NCBI GenBank assembly: GCA_963710375.1
Contig: CAVPZX010000002.1
Span: forward strand, 160,001 to 224,000
Source: Nitrospirota bacterium
Lineage (GTDB): Bacteria > Nitrospirota > Thermodesulfovibrionia > Thermodesulfovibrionales > Dissulfurispiraceae
Direction: 5' to 3'
Length of the DNA stretch: 64,000 nt
The notes under the pieces are model-generated. The model searched no databases. It had not been told where the DNA came from and saw only the letters and a program-made list of their open reading frames with translations. Position numbers and translations under genes: made by a program. Below, piece after piece: positions 41,276 to 51,413 of the stretch (position 1 is its first letter; every line of letters starts with the position of its first letter).

Positions 41276-42154
41276 TCATTTCGTGAGTATTTCTACTATT
41301 TCCCTGTACCGCGCCGCAGTTTTGCTTATGATATCCTCAGGGAGCTCCGGGCCGGGATATGTCTTGTTCCAGTCCAGGGTCAGAAGATAATCCCTCACTA
41401 TCTGCTTGTCGAAACTGTCCTGTCCCCTGCCCGCCTCGTATTCTTTCGCAGACCAGAACCTGGACGAATCCGGCGTCAGCAGCTCATCAATGAGCATCAG
41501 GCTGCCTTCGTGCAGCCCGAATTCCATTTTGGTGTCGGCAATGATTATCCCCTTCTTCTCCGACAGATCCAGCGCCCTGCCGTATATAGCGAGTGTCGTC
41601 TCTCTGAGTTGCCGGGCAGTGGTATCTCCGACTATCTTTCTCATAGCATCGAAGCTTATGTTTATATCATGTCCTTCTTCCGCTTTTGTGCTTGGTGTAA
41701 ATATGGGTTCATCGAGCCGGGACGATTCGACCAGGCCTGCTGGAAGTCTAATACCGCACACCGTTGTCTTTTCCTTGTACTCAGCCCATCCTGAACCGGA
41801 AAGATATCCCCGAACAATGCATTCAACAGGCACCGGCTCCGCCCTTTTTACCAGCATGCTGCGGCCTTCCAATACAGCACTGTATTTGTGAAGCACTGCA
41901 GGATAGTCCTTCACTTCTGTAGCGACTATATGATTTTCAATTATGTCGCTCATCTGCCTGAACCAATAGAGGGAGATCTGCGTCAGCATCTTTCCCTTAT
42001 CAGCTATGCCGTTGGGCAGCACCACATCAAAGGCAGAGACCCTGTCGGTGGCCACTATCAGGAGATAGCCGTCTATCTCGTACACATCCCGCACCTTGCC
42101 ACGCCTGAGCAGTTTGACGTCATTGAAGTCTGTTTTCATAACAACACCGGACAT
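41276..42154 (-). CDS. purC: SAICAR synthase
   Basis: [37 protein letters not shown]. Confidence 0.97.
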   Translation of the reverse strand: MSGVVMKTDFNDVKLLRRGKVRDVYEIDGYLLIVATDRVSAFDVVLPNGIADKGKMLTQISLYWFRQMSDIIENHIVATEVKDYPAVLHKYSAVLEGRSMLVKRAEPVPVECIVRGYLSGSGWAEYKEKTTVCGIRLPAGLVESSRLDEPIFTPSTKAEEGHDINISFDAMRKIVGDTTARQLRETTLAIYGRALDLSEKKGIIIADTKMEFGLHEGSLMLIDELLTPDSSRFWSAKEYEAGRGQDSFDKQIVRDYLLTLDWNKTYPGPELPEDIISKTAARYREIVEILTK

Positions 42155-42200
42155 ATCTTCCTCCGAAATATCAGAAAAGTATGGGCAAAAGGCTAACAGA

Positions 42201-42710
42201 TTATTTTTTTGTCCCTTTGCGTTTAGCCAATGGCCCTTTGCCTAAGTTTACAAGACGCTTTTTTGACTGCTCTCTGAACTTTTCTATTTTTTGGGCAAGT
42301 TCGGGGTATTTAACTGAGAGTATCGAGCACGCAAGATATGCCGCATTCCTGGCGCCGCCTATCGCTACGGCAGCCACAGGAATTCCGGGAGGCATCTGCA
42401 CCGTGGAATACAGTGCATCAGCTCCGCCCAACGCCCCTGATGCGAGAGGGACGCCGATTACAGGCAGCGTCGTGTGAGCTGCCAGCGCCCCTGCGAGATG
42501 CGCTGACATGCCTGCTCCGGCAATGAGCACCTCGATACCGCGTTCCCTGGCACTCTTCGCATACTCGGCAGTATCGTCGGGGAGACGGTGAGCAGAGCTG
42601 ATAAGCATTTCATACGGGATGCCGAACTCTGTCAAAACATGCGCTGCCTGCTCCATTACAGGCAAATCGCTTTCACTTCCCATAAGGATTCCGACCAGCG
42701 GCTTCTTCAT
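42201..42710 (-). CDS. purE: N5-CAIR mutase
   Basis: [27 protein letters not shown]. Confidence 0.97.
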   Translation of the reverse strand: MKKPLVGILMGSESDLPVMEQAAHVLTEFGIPYEMLISSAHRLPDDTAEYAKSARERGIEVLIAGAGMSAHLAGALAAHTTLPVIGVPLASGALGGADALYSTVQMPPGIPVAAVAIGGARNAAYLACSILSVKYPELAQKIEKFREQSKKRLVNLGKGPLAKRKGTKK

Positions 42711-42714
42711 GCGG

Positions 42715-43566
42715 CTATGACCTTCTCATCGACATCGATTCAAGCCTCGCAATCCTCTCCTCTATCGGCGGATGGGTGCTAAAGAGCTTTGTTATACCAC
42801 CTCCGGAAAGCGGGTTGACGATAAACATGTGCGATGTAGCGGGGTTCGCATCCATAGGTATCCGCTGCGAAGCCATCTGAAGTTTCTTGAGAGCGCTGGC
42901 AAGGTACAAGGGGTTCCCCGCAAGCCTTGCGCCGGACTCATCGGCTCCATATTCCCTTGAGCGGGATATCGCCATTTGAACCAGCATTGCCGCTATCGGC
43001 CCTACGATCATCATCACAATAGCTGCAATGGGACTGCCTCCTTCGTCATCGTCTCTCCTTCCGCCGCCAAAGATCATCGCCCACTGCGCCATCTGTGCAA
43101 GGTAGCTGATAGCGCCGGCAATAGCAGCGGCAAGCGTGCTTACCAGTATGTCCCTGTGTTTTACGTGGGACAATTCGTGTCCTATAACGCCTTCAAGTTC
43201 TTCCCTGGAAAGAATCCGCTTTATACCGGTCGTAACTGCAACAGCAGCGTGTCCAGGGTTCCGGCCTGTCGCAAATGCATTGGGTTGGTCCTCGTCTATT
43301 ATATATACTTTGGGCATAGGAAGTTCCGCCCTCTGCGCTAGTCTCCTTACTATCCCATAGAGTTCAGGCTCATCAGCTTCACTTACAGCTCTGGCCCTAT
43401 ACATCCTGAGCACAATTTTATCACTGAACCAATAGGTTATGAAATTCATGCCAAAGGCCATGATAAGCGCGAACGTCATCCCTGACCTGCCGCCCAGCAG
43501 CCCTCCGACAGCAACAAGCAACAATGTGAGCGTTACCATCAGGACCATCGTTTTTAATCCATTCAT
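42715..43566 (-). CDS. htpX: Zinc metalloprotease HtpX
   Basis: [25 protein letters not shown]. Confidence 0.96.
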   Translation of the reverse strand: MNGLKTMVLMVTLTLLLVAVGGLLGGRSGMTFALIMAFGMNFITYWFSDKIVLRMYRARAVSEADEPELYGIVRRLAQRAELPMPKVYIIDEDQPNAFATGRNPGHAAVAVTTGIKRILSREELEGVIGHELSHVKHRDILVSTLAAAIAGAISYLAQMAQWAMIFGGGRRDDDEGGSPIAAIVMMIVGPIAAMLVQMAISRSREYGADESGARLAGNPLYLASALKKLQMASQRIPMDANPATSHMFIVNPLSGGGITKLFSTHPPIEERIARLESMSMRRS

Positions 43567-43674
43567 CTGAAACCTCCTGCATAAAGTGCGAGGTATATAC
43601 CGCGCATCTGTTTACACTTATATTTACTATTATACAATACCCATCGAGGCAAATATCTCTCTTGGGAAAAAACC

Positions 43675-43857
43675 TGCAATTCAGACAGTACAGGGTTGTT
43701 TTTCTGAAGTCGAGCGTCTGGGTTATCTGCATTGGGCGAGTAACGCCGAGCCCACATATTCAATTGGAACACGGATGATTATCCGTACAGACAGCAGGAC
43801 TTGCACAGAGGGCTAATCGCTCGCAAAGAAAAATTACCCTGTGCTGTCTGAATTGCA
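43675..43857. mobile_element. MITE-like palindromic element, copy A (183 bp)
   Basis: Ends TGCAATTCAGACAGTACAGGGT / ACCCTGTGCTGTCTGAATTGCA; homologous to 53007-53232. Confidence 0.88.
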
Positions 43858-43938
43858 ATTGAAAAAAAGTCAGGGTTGCTCTATTATTTATTTAATAATA
43901 GAGAGAATTGATAAATAGTAGAAGAAGAGGAGGAGACC

Positions 43939-44778
43939 ATGAATCAGCCGCTATTCTGCCCAGTTGGAAAACTTGAAAAACTGCTGCTCGCAACCGACCG
44001 TTCTAAATTCAGCGAGGGACCGATACGCGAGGCCATAAGTTTTGCAAAAAAATGCTCGAGCAAGCTCTACGTGATATCAGTGCTCGAAACGAATCCAGAA
44101 TACGAGACGATAGGCTCCAAGTTTTTCGAGAAAGAGGAAGCAGAAGTGGTCAAGCATTTGAAATCGATAAAAGCGAGGGCTGAAGGAGAGGGTCTGAAAT
44201 GTGAAACTATCTTTCTTAGCGGCAATGAACCATATAAATATATTGTGGATGAAGCAGAGGAAAAGAATATCGATATGATTGTGATCGGCAGGCGGGGACG
44301 CAAGGGATTGGCTAAACTCCTGATGGGGAGCGTGGCGGCAAAGGTTATAGGATATGCGCCCTGCAAAGTGCTTGTCGTTCCAAAGGCGGCAAAGATAGGG
44401 TACCAGAAAATATTGATTGCCACTGATGGCTCAAAACATAGCATTGCAGCTGTTGCCGAAGCAATCAGCATTGCCAACCGCTGTGGAACCTCTGTCATAG
44501 CGATTTCCTCATGGCTGACTGAGGACGAAATCAAAGGGGCCAAGCTCAATACCGACCACGTTCTCGAAATGGCCCGGAAGGAGGGTATTGAGGCGGAAGC
44601 TGTAAACCCTAATGGGAGATCATATGAGTCTATTGTTGAAACCGCGGGCGGCAGAGGGGTTGATCTAATTGTCATGGGAGCATACGGAAGAACGGGGTTC
44701 AAGAAAATTCTTATGGGGAGTACGACAGAAAGGGTCATCGGGCTGTCAGGATGCGCAGTGATGGTGATAACAGCATGA
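43939..44778 (+). CDS. Tandem-domain universal stress protein
   Basis: Two USP repeats: LLATD...IVIGRRG...LMGSVA and LIATDG...VMGAYG...LMGSTT. Confidence 0.93.
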   Translation: MNQPLFCPVGKLEKLLLATDRSKFSEGPIREAISFAKKCSSKLYVISVLETNPEYETIGSKFFEKEEAEVVKHLKSIKARAEGEGLKCETIFLSGNEPYKYIVDEAEEKNIDMIVIGRRGRKGLAKLLMGSVAAKVIGYAPCKVLVVPKAAKIGYQKILIATDGSKHSIAAVAEAISIANRCGTSVIAISSWLTEDEIKGAKLNTDHVLEMARKEGIEAEAVNPNGRSYESIVETAGGRGVDLIVMGAYGRTGFKKILMGSTTERVIGLSGCAVMVITA

Positions 44779-45326
44779 CAGGAGAACCGATAATTATGCC
44801 CATGCCGGCTTCGGCGATAACTGCTGTTTTTATTTTCTTTGTACTAATCACTCTCGGCAAGGAGGGAGCAACAATGAGCGAATTAAAATTATCCAGTACC
44901 GCCTTTCAGAGCAACGGATCCATACCTTCCAAGTATACCTGTGATGGACGCGATATAAATCCCCCGCTGGTCATTGAGAATGTCCCGCCAGGGACCAAGT
45001 CACTGGCTTTGATTGTCGACGATCCTGATGCGCCAATGGGGACATGGGTCCATTGGGTTTCCTGGAACATCGCCCCCGATATAAAGGAGATAAAGGAAAA
45101 CGATACGCCAAGAGGCGCGGTAGCCGGAATAAACGACTTCAACAAGAAATCCTATGGCGGTCCCTGTCCACCATCAGGCACTCATCGCTATTTTTTCAAG
45201 CTTTACGCCCTTGATAAAGCATTAGACCTGCCTTCCGGTGCAAATAAGGCAGCCGTAGAAAAAGCGATGAAAGGACATGTCATTTCAGAGGCTCAGATAA
45301 TAGGGCTATATAAAAGAAACAGGTAA
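44775..45326 (+). CDS. YbhB/YbcL (PEBP) family protein; alternative start at 44874
   Basis: DDPDAP, WVHW, YGGPCPPSGTHRYFF. Confidence 0.92.
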   Translation: MTGEPIIMPMPASAITAVFIFFVLITLGKEGATMSELKLSSTAFQSNGSIPSKYTCDGRDINPPLVIENVPPGTKSLALIVDDPDAPMGTWVHWVSWNIAPDIKEIKENDTPRGAVAGINDFNKKSYGGPCPPSGTHRYFFKLYALDKALDLPSGANKAAVEKAMKGHVISEAQIIGLYKRNR

Positions 45327-45337
45327 TAGGCTATAGG

Positions 45338-46283
45338 CTATAGGCTATAGACAACCGGAAGCCTTCCGCCCCTATATACCGCCTGGAGAGTAAAGTCCGG
45401 GGTCACTATCAGAAAATTGCCCCTGGCAATCTCACTCTCATCCATGCATGCGGCGTGTATAATCTGCTCCAGAGGCAATCCTGCTTTTCTGAATAATTGC
45501 AGTTCTTCAAAAAAAGAGCTGCCGTGCGCTGTTCCTTTAGAGCCGCTGTCGCTGCCGATACGCAAAATTACCCCGATAGAAGCAGCATAGCTAACTGATG
45601 AAAGATGCCTTTCAATAATTTTTTCTATAATTACCTGTTCGTCTGCCGGATATAGGACGGCAAGACTGTGGAGCGCAAATATTGTTGGTATCCAGGAAAT
45701 GCGCGCTTCTGCCATTCTATGCAGTGTATCACGCGATACGAAGTAGCCGTGCTCAATCGAAAACAGCTCCGGCATTGATAGCGTCCCGCACTGCCGAATC
45801 GGAATTTGCATGACAGACCATATGGAGATTTCTCGACCGGGCCGTTTCGTTGAGCACATGTAATTCCTCCGGAGAAAAACCTCCATCGGTCACCGATCCC
45901 GCTTTTTGCGCTGAAACGATACCGGAGTTAATTACTTTAAGAAAATCGGCGCCGGCGTCGGCGATTTCATGAACTGCTTTCCTGATCTCTGAAGCGCCTG
46001 AAACTCCCTTGCCGAGAAATGACCCGTAGGTTCCCTTCTTATAAAGTGCGTATCCGGCTGACCTGACTTCCATGTCCGTATCGAAAAGAGCTTTGGCCTG
46101 CAGGCCGATGCCGCTCCTGTGCCCCATATCGTTTACAGATAAAATTCCGAGCTTTACATATGCGTCTTTTATAACCGGCAGTTCGCTGTGCGTCAGAGGT
46201 CTTCCATCAAGCATGAAATGCATATGTGCATCTCTGAAGGGGGGTATCTTAACGGCTGATGATGTGCATATATCATCTTCCAT
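45338..46283 (-). pseudogene. Amidohydrolase-family protein split by +1 frameshift (probably sequencing error)
   Basis: DAHMH, GADFLKV, CHAN then SIEHG, GSDSG in another frame; extra base in A-run 45760-45763. Confidence 0.8.
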
Positions 46284-46284
46284 T

Positions 46285-47406
46285 TTATTCTTTCATGATA
46301 GTATACTTTCCATCCTTGTCGATCTTAATATTGGCATTGAGGAATCGCACCTTGAAGCCGGCCTCTTTAAGCGTATGGTATGCCATCTCGGCCCTTAAGC
46401 CGGTATCGCAATACAAAATAATCTCCTTGTCCCTCGTGATGTCCTTAAACCTGTTTTTGAGGTCCCATGAAGGCACGTTCAAAGCACCCTTAAGCATGCC
46501 CTGCAATGCTTCGTCCTCGTCACGCACATCCAGAAGCAACTTGTCTGCCGGTGATGTCTCAGCTATCCGCTTGAACTCCTCGATAGAGATTTCGCCGGCT
46601 CTTAACTTCGGCACATAAACAATCCTTGTCGCCACGTCCCCGCTTATAACGAGTCCGCCGGAGCGCTTCCATTCATCAAGGCCGCCGTCGAGAACCGCGA
46701 CGTTTGTATAGCCCCAACCCCTCACCGATGCAAAGTCGTCCAACTCGGACTTTGTATCATTGTCGTACAGCATTATCGGGGCAGATTTGTCTGAAGGGAA
46801 CCTCTCCTTTTCATACCGAAGGTCCTTTCCAGGTACAGAAACCGCGCCTACGATGTGTCCTCTCTTTGCCTCATCTGTCGGCCGCAGATCAATCAGTACA
46901 AAGGGAATACCCTTTTCGAGATACTCCTTGAGACTCTGCACAGAAGAAACGACAAGGTTGCCGGCCTTCTTCCATGCATGCAATCCATCGGCAAAGACTT
47001 TGACTCTTGTATACCCCATTTTCTCAGCCTTACCAGCACAGAACTGGCTCAGACGGCAGGCGCGTGACCCACAATAAAAAATTATCATCTTGTTCTTTTC
47101 TTTAGGCAGCTTTCCGGCAGATTCGTTGAATTCCCGATATGGTATCGAAATCGCCCCGGGAATGTGTCCTTCATCATAAAACACAAGAGGCCTCGAATCC
47201 ACAAGCTCAAATTTTCCTTCTTCCGGCCCCAGCGCCACAAGTCTGGCAACTTCATCTGCAGTGACAATCTTCTCCGGAGCAACCTTTGCCTGCACAGCTG
47301 TTTTCATTTTCTGCGACATGTCCCCGGCCGTGACAGTAGTGCTGAAAAAGACAAATCCTGCCGTCATAGCCGCGGCAAGGACTGCCGCTTTGCTCTTGCT
47401 TCCCAT
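46285..47406 (-). CDS. Exported triple rhodanese-domain protein
   Basis: Signal peptide, VDSR..GHIPGA..YCGSRAC, IDLR..GHIVGA..YD, LDVR..YCDTGLRA. Confidence 0.88.
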   Translation of the reverse strand: MGSKSKAAVLAAAMTAGFVFFSTTVTAGDMSQKMKTAVQAKVAPEKIVTADEVARLVALGPEEGKFELVDSRPLVFYDEGHIPGAISIPYREFNESAGKLPKEKNKMIIFYCGSRACRLSQFCAGKAEKMGYTRVKVFADGLHAWKKAGNLVVSSVQSLKEYLEKGIPFVLIDLRPTDEAKRGHIVGAVSVPGKDLRYEKERFPSDKSAPIMLYDNDTKSELDDFASVRGWGYTNVAVLDGGLDEWKRSGGLVISGDVATRIVYVPKLRAGEISIEEFKRIAETSPADKLLLDVRDEDEALQGMLKGALNVPSWDLKNRFKDITRDKEIILYCDTGLRAEMAYHTLKEAGFKVRFLNANIKIDKDGKYTIMKE

Positions 47407-47515
47407 ACTCGCTCCTTTCGTAAAAAGCACTACGCATAGTTAGTTAAGATGACTAAAACTTATACTAGCGACAATGGTCTAAATATTTCAACAACAAAAA
47501 AAGAGAGTAGTGGAA

Positions 47516-47693
47516 AGCAGAAGAAGGGCAACACTCGTTTTTCGACGCGCTGAAACTACCTTCGTCAGCAATTCCCAATGTTTCCAAAGCAGCGATACCC
47601 GAATCCATTCTCAGGTGGGGCTCGGCGTTACTCGCCCCTTTTACAGTAGACCCGTGCATCGCGTCGAAAAACAAGTGTTGCCCTTCTTCTGCT
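47516..47693. mobile_element. MITE-like palindromic element, 178 bp
   Basis: 34-bp ends with one mismatch, AGCAGAAGAAGGGCAACACTCGTTTTTCGACGCG / CGCGTCGAAAAACAAGTGTTGCCCTTCTTCTGCT. Confidence 0.88.
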
Positions 47694-47725
47694 ATTAATT
47701 ATATTGGATATGGTACAATTTACAC

Positions 47726-47968
47726 ATGAAAAGCACAATCGGGTTTATTTTTTTTGTACTGCTGGTTATCGGTTTGCTTTTTTCCATATCTGGGAAGCGT
47801 TATCCCCGTATTCCCGCCGACGTCATTCATAGAGATATAGAGGTCAATAACAGCGCAGCGTGCCTGGAATGTCATGGCGCCGGCAAAAAGTACGCAGTCA
47901 AAAATACCCATCCTCCCAAGTTCGAATGCTTTAATTGCCATAAGGGCCGGAGAGTTCAAAATAAGTAG
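47726..47968 (+). CDS. Small diheme c-type cytochrome
   Basis: N-terminal hydrophobic anchor, CLECH and CFNCH, extra His residues. Confidence 0.8.
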   Translation: MKSTIGFIFFVLLVIGLLFSISGKRYPRIPADVIHRDIEVNNSAACLECHGAGKKYAVKNTHPPKFECFNCHKGRRVQNK

Positions 47969-47988
47969 TTCATTGCATGAAACAGTCT

Positions 47989-48399
47989 TTATCGTTCATG
48001 CATATCAATTAAACAGCCACTAATTTCGTTCTCCTTCGGCGGTACAACGCAGAGGAAACCGAGGGCCTCGTCGCCGATAGGACTCAATTGGTGTGTTTCG
48101 TTGGGGCTTATATAGACGGCATCCCTGGGCCCTACTTCGACTTCAACACTTCCAAGCAGCACCCGGGCCCTGCCGTGAAGTATAAAAATACCATGGTCGT
48201 GCGGGTGATTTTCAAGGGCCGAACAACCACCAGGCTCTACCCGGAAATACCGGATGATGAACTGTTGTGCGCCGTCGGCCTTCCCGATCAGTACTTTGCC
48301 GTCAGCGCCCCTGGCGTTTGGTTTTGCGTAACCATGGGAGATGGCCCCCTCCCAGTTAAAATTGTTATCCTCTCCTGTGAACCGATGAACAACACTCAT
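47989..48399 (-). CDS. Cupin-domain protein (candidate methylthioxylulose-5-P sulfurylase)
   Basis: IRYFRVEPGGCSALENHPHDH, ETHQ, GFLCVV; 9 bp downstream of RLP. Confidence 0.8.
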   Translation of the reverse strand: MSVVHRFTGEDNNFNWEGAISHGYAKPNARGADGKVLIGKADGAQQFIIRYFRVEPGGCSALENHPHDHGIFILHGRARVLLGSVEVEVGPRDAVYISPNETHQLSPIGDEALGFLCVVPPKENEISGCLIDMHER

Positions 48400-48408
48400 T
48401 TTTTCCTC

Positions 48409-49548
48409 CTAGCCTTTTACCTTTTCGCAAAAGTATCTCGCATTGTCTTCGAGGTCATCAGAGCGCGAATAGAGAGAGCCCCCGATAAGCAGAATAATAT
48501 CTTTGCCGTAAAATTGTACAATTTCAGGGATATTCTCGAGATCCATCCCGCCGGCAGGCGTCGGGAAAGACGGTCTTATATTATGGAGTCTACCGGTCAG
48601 CAGGCGGGCTATTGAAAAACAGGTCTCCCTGGTAAAAGAAAACCTGCCGCCGTAATTAGGGTATACGGAACTGTCGATCCCTATAAGCCTGAACAGCTTC
48701 CCGAGAACTAGCTCGGGTGCGATGCCGCTGTCTGCTCCCGTATAAAAGATGCCGGTGAAGGAAGGGTGAGACATGATAGGTTTGTCGATCCCTTCGTTCT
48801 CAGCCATGTACCTCACGCAATCAAGTCCTGTTAGAAAAGGCGAGACCAGGAGACCGCCCGCATTGGCTTTTACCGCAAACTCCGCGTTTCTTATGATTCT
48901 GTCGAAGCGGTCCGTTATATTCGGGAAGTAGACCGTCCTTTTCCCTGTTTTCTGCTGCGCCTCTTCAATAGCCTGTACGCACTTAGTCACCCTTTCTTCA
49001 AACCTGCAGAAGGGGAAGTCAACTAAGCCATGGTCATCTTTGATAATATCGACTCCTCCAAGCGCGAACCTGTAACAAATCTCTGCCAATCCTTCCGCCG
49101 AAGTGCCCATCGGCTTCAATGCAGTTGCCACGAGCGGCCTGTCGAAGGCGCCGGTGAGTCTTCTGATGCCTTCAATCCCAAATTTAGGGCCCTTGAAGGA
49201 AAGAAGAAATTCCTCCGCAAGATCTACGTCGATAACCTTGACGCCCGGCTTGAAAGAAATGTTCCCGTAAAGCAGGTTGAGAAACTGCGGAATCTCATAG
49301 TTTGATACTGACGCAGGATAGGCCATTTTAACGATGAAGCGCTCTATGCCCTCGCTTTCCGCTTGATGGATCGAGATCACCTTGCCGACAATGTCTTGGA
49401 GTATCCGGTCGTCTCTTATCGCCTTTCCCGGCAGTTCAACGGTCTGTTCCAGAGCAACATTTTCGCATATATTCCCGATATCACCCCGCGAGCAAGTAAT
49501 TGAATAGGTTATAGTTATCGATCTATCATTGTATCCAGGCTCACTCAT
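48409..49548 (-). CDS. RubisCO-like protein (form IV)
   Basis: EQTVE, LYGNIS, GPKFG, LKPMG, GGVDIIKDDHG, HP, PAGGM, IGG; 379 aa, no small subunit. Confidence 0.92.
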   Translation of the reverse strand: MSEPGYNDRSITITYSITCSRGDIGNICENVALEQTVELPGKAIRDDRILQDIVGKVISIHQAESEGIERFIVKMAYPASVSNYEIPQFLNLLYGNISFKPGVKVIDVDLAEEFLLSFKGPKFGIEGIRRLTGAFDRPLVATALKPMGTSAEGLAEICYRFALGGVDIIKDDHGLVDFPFCRFEERVTKCVQAIEEAQQKTGKRTVYFPNITDRFDRIIRNAEFAVKANAGGLLVSPFLTGLDCVRYMAENEGIDKPIMSHPSFTGIFYTGADSGIAPELVLGKLFRLIGIDSSVYPNYGGRFSFTRETCFSIARLLTGRLHNIRPSFPTPAGGMDLENIPEIVQFYGKDIILLIGGSLYSRSDDLEDNARYFCEKVKG

Positions 49549-49665
49549 ATCCTTCAGTATAATATTCTCCGCAGTGCTGTGACAACATTATGGCTTATTT
49601 ATTACTGAATGCTATATAATTTAAATCTACAATTTCATTAATGTCGAAAGAAGGAGGAAACGACA

Positions 49666-49992
49666 ATGACGAAAATCATCGCATTCAGCATCATGATAAT
49701 TATGATTTTATCCTCAGCCGCAGCTTTTGCAGAAGACACACGACATGAAGAGGACACTATAGCTGATTTAATAGCTGTCAGGCCTGTGGGCTTCGTTTCG
49801 CTTGCCATAGGCACAGGGTTTTTTATAGCTTCCCTGCCGTTTGCTATTATGAGCGGCAGTACCGACAAGACAGCAAAAGCACTTGTTGCCGATCCATTCA
49901 ATTATACTTTTACCAGGCCCTTCGGAGACTTTGACAGTCCCTCCCAGCTTTTAAACGGGCAAAATAAGAAAGATAAGGACAGTTCAAAGTAG
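49666..49992 (+). CDS. Hypothetical small membrane protein
   Basis: Signal peptide, DLIAVRP, SLPF, YTFTRPFG; AGGAGG RBS. Confidence 0.7.
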   Translation: MTKIIAFSIMIIMILSSAAAFAEDTRHEEDTIADLIAVRPVGFVSLAIGTGFFIASLPFAIMSGSTDKTAKALVADPFNYTFTRPFGDFDSPSQLLNGQNKKDKDSSK

Positions 49993-50049
49993 CGAAAAAC
50001 ATTTGTGATATAATAATTTTCTTACGAATCTATATCCAGGAGGAATTTT

Positions 50050-51405
50050 ATGCAGGAGACCAAGATACTTCTTACAGAAAAAGATATTCCGAGGCAGTGG
50101 TACAACATAATTGCCGATATGCCGAATCCACCCAAACCTCCTCTCCATCCAGCCACTCAACAGCCGGTTGGTCCGGATGATTTGAAAGCCATATTCCCGA
50201 TGGCCCTTATAGAACAAGAGGTATCGGGTCAGAGATGGATTGACATACCTGAAGAGGTGCTCGAAATATATTCTCTCTGGAGACCCACTCCCCTTTACCG
50301 GGCAAAGAGGCTCGAGGCCTTCCTGAAAACCCCGGCAAAAATATACTACAAGTATGAAGGCGTGAGCCCGGCAGGCAGCCACAAACCGAATACAGCGATA
50401 CCGCAGGCCTACTATAACAAAAAGTCCGGTATCAAAAGAATTGCCACAGAAACAGGAGCCGGGCAGTGGGGGTCCGCGATGGCCCTGGCCGGAACGATGT
50501 TTGGGCTGGATGTAACCGTATATATGGTAAGAGTAAGCTATAATCAGAAACCTTATCGCAGGATCGCTATGGAGACATGGGGCGCCACTGTTCATGCCAG
50601 CCCTTCGACAACAACCAATACAGGCAGGAAGGCCCTCGAAGCCGACCCCAACAATCCCGGAAGTCTGGGCCTTGCGATATCCGAAGCGGTTGAAGATGCA
50701 GCTACCCATTCTGATACTAATTACGCGCTCGGTTCTGTGCTGAATCATGTGATCCTTCACCAGACGGTGATCGGACTTGAAGCAAAGAAACAGCTTGCCG
50801 TGGCCGGAGACTATCCCGATATCATTATCGGCTGCTGCGGAGGAGGGTCCAATTTCAGCGGAATCGCGTTTCCCTTTCTGGCTGATAAGATCCACGGCAA
50901 AGAGTTGCGGGCCATCGCCGTTGAGCCAAGCTCCTGCCCTACCCTTACCAAGGGAGAGTACAGGTATGACTTCGGAGATACTGTCGGGATGACGCCATTT
51001 CTGATGATGTACACCCTTGGCCACGATTTCATGCCCCCGGGCATTCATGCCGGAGGCCTCCGTTATCACGGCGATTCTCCGCTCGTGTCCCAGCTTTACA
51101 AGGAAGGCATCATAGAGGCAAGGGCATATCCGCAGCTGCCGGTCTTTGAGGCAGCACTGACCTTCTCCAAGACAGAGGCCATAATACCGGCTCCCGAGAG
51201 CGCGCATGCCATTAAAGCTGCAATCGATGAGGCGCTCATCTGCAAAGAAGAAGGCAAGGAGAAATGCATCCTTTTTAACCTGAGCGGACATGGATATCTG
51301 GACCTTGCTGCGTATGATGATTATCTGAATGGGAAACTCGTCGATCACGAGTACCCCAGCCAGGCCATAAAGGAAGCATTGGCTAAGCTACCGGTGATAA
51401 AATAG
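50050..51405 (+). CDS. trpB2: TrpB2-type tryptophan synthase beta-like PLP enzyme
   Basis: [38 protein letters not shown]; no adjacent trpA. Confidence 0.95.
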   Translation: MQETKILLTEKDIPRQWYNIIADMPNPPKPPLHPATQQPVGPDDLKAIFPMALIEQEVSGQRWIDIPEEVLEIYSLWRPTPLYRAKRLEAFLKTPAKIYYKYEGVSPAGSHKPNTAIPQAYYNKKSGIKRIATETGAGQWGSAMALAGTMFGLDVTVYMVRVSYNQKPYRRIAMETWGATVHASPSTTTNTGRKALEADPNNPGSLGLAISEAVEDAATHSDTNYALGSVLNHVILHQTVIGLEAKKQLAVAGDYPDIIIGCCGGGSNFSGIAFPFLADKIHGKELRAIAVEPSSCPTLTKGEYRYDFGDTVGMTPFLMMYTLGHDFMPPGIHAGGLRYHGDSPLVSQLYKEGIIEARAYPQLPVFEAALTFSKTEAIIPAPESAHAIKAAIDEALICKEEGKEKCILFNLSGHGYLDLAAYDDYLNGKLVDHEYPSQAIKEALAKLPVIK

Positions 51406-51413
51406 CGGGAGCG

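Noticed and set aside
48409..49548. True CO2-fixing RubisCO
   Set aside because: KDDH instead of KDDE, short length, and no cbbS/prk nearby; form IV RLP
49984..51348. 454-aa ORF antisense to trpB2
   Set aside because: Fully overlaps a well-conserved gene on the other strand and has no recognisable motifs; shadow ORF. The same applies to the many shorter antisense ORFs in the track.
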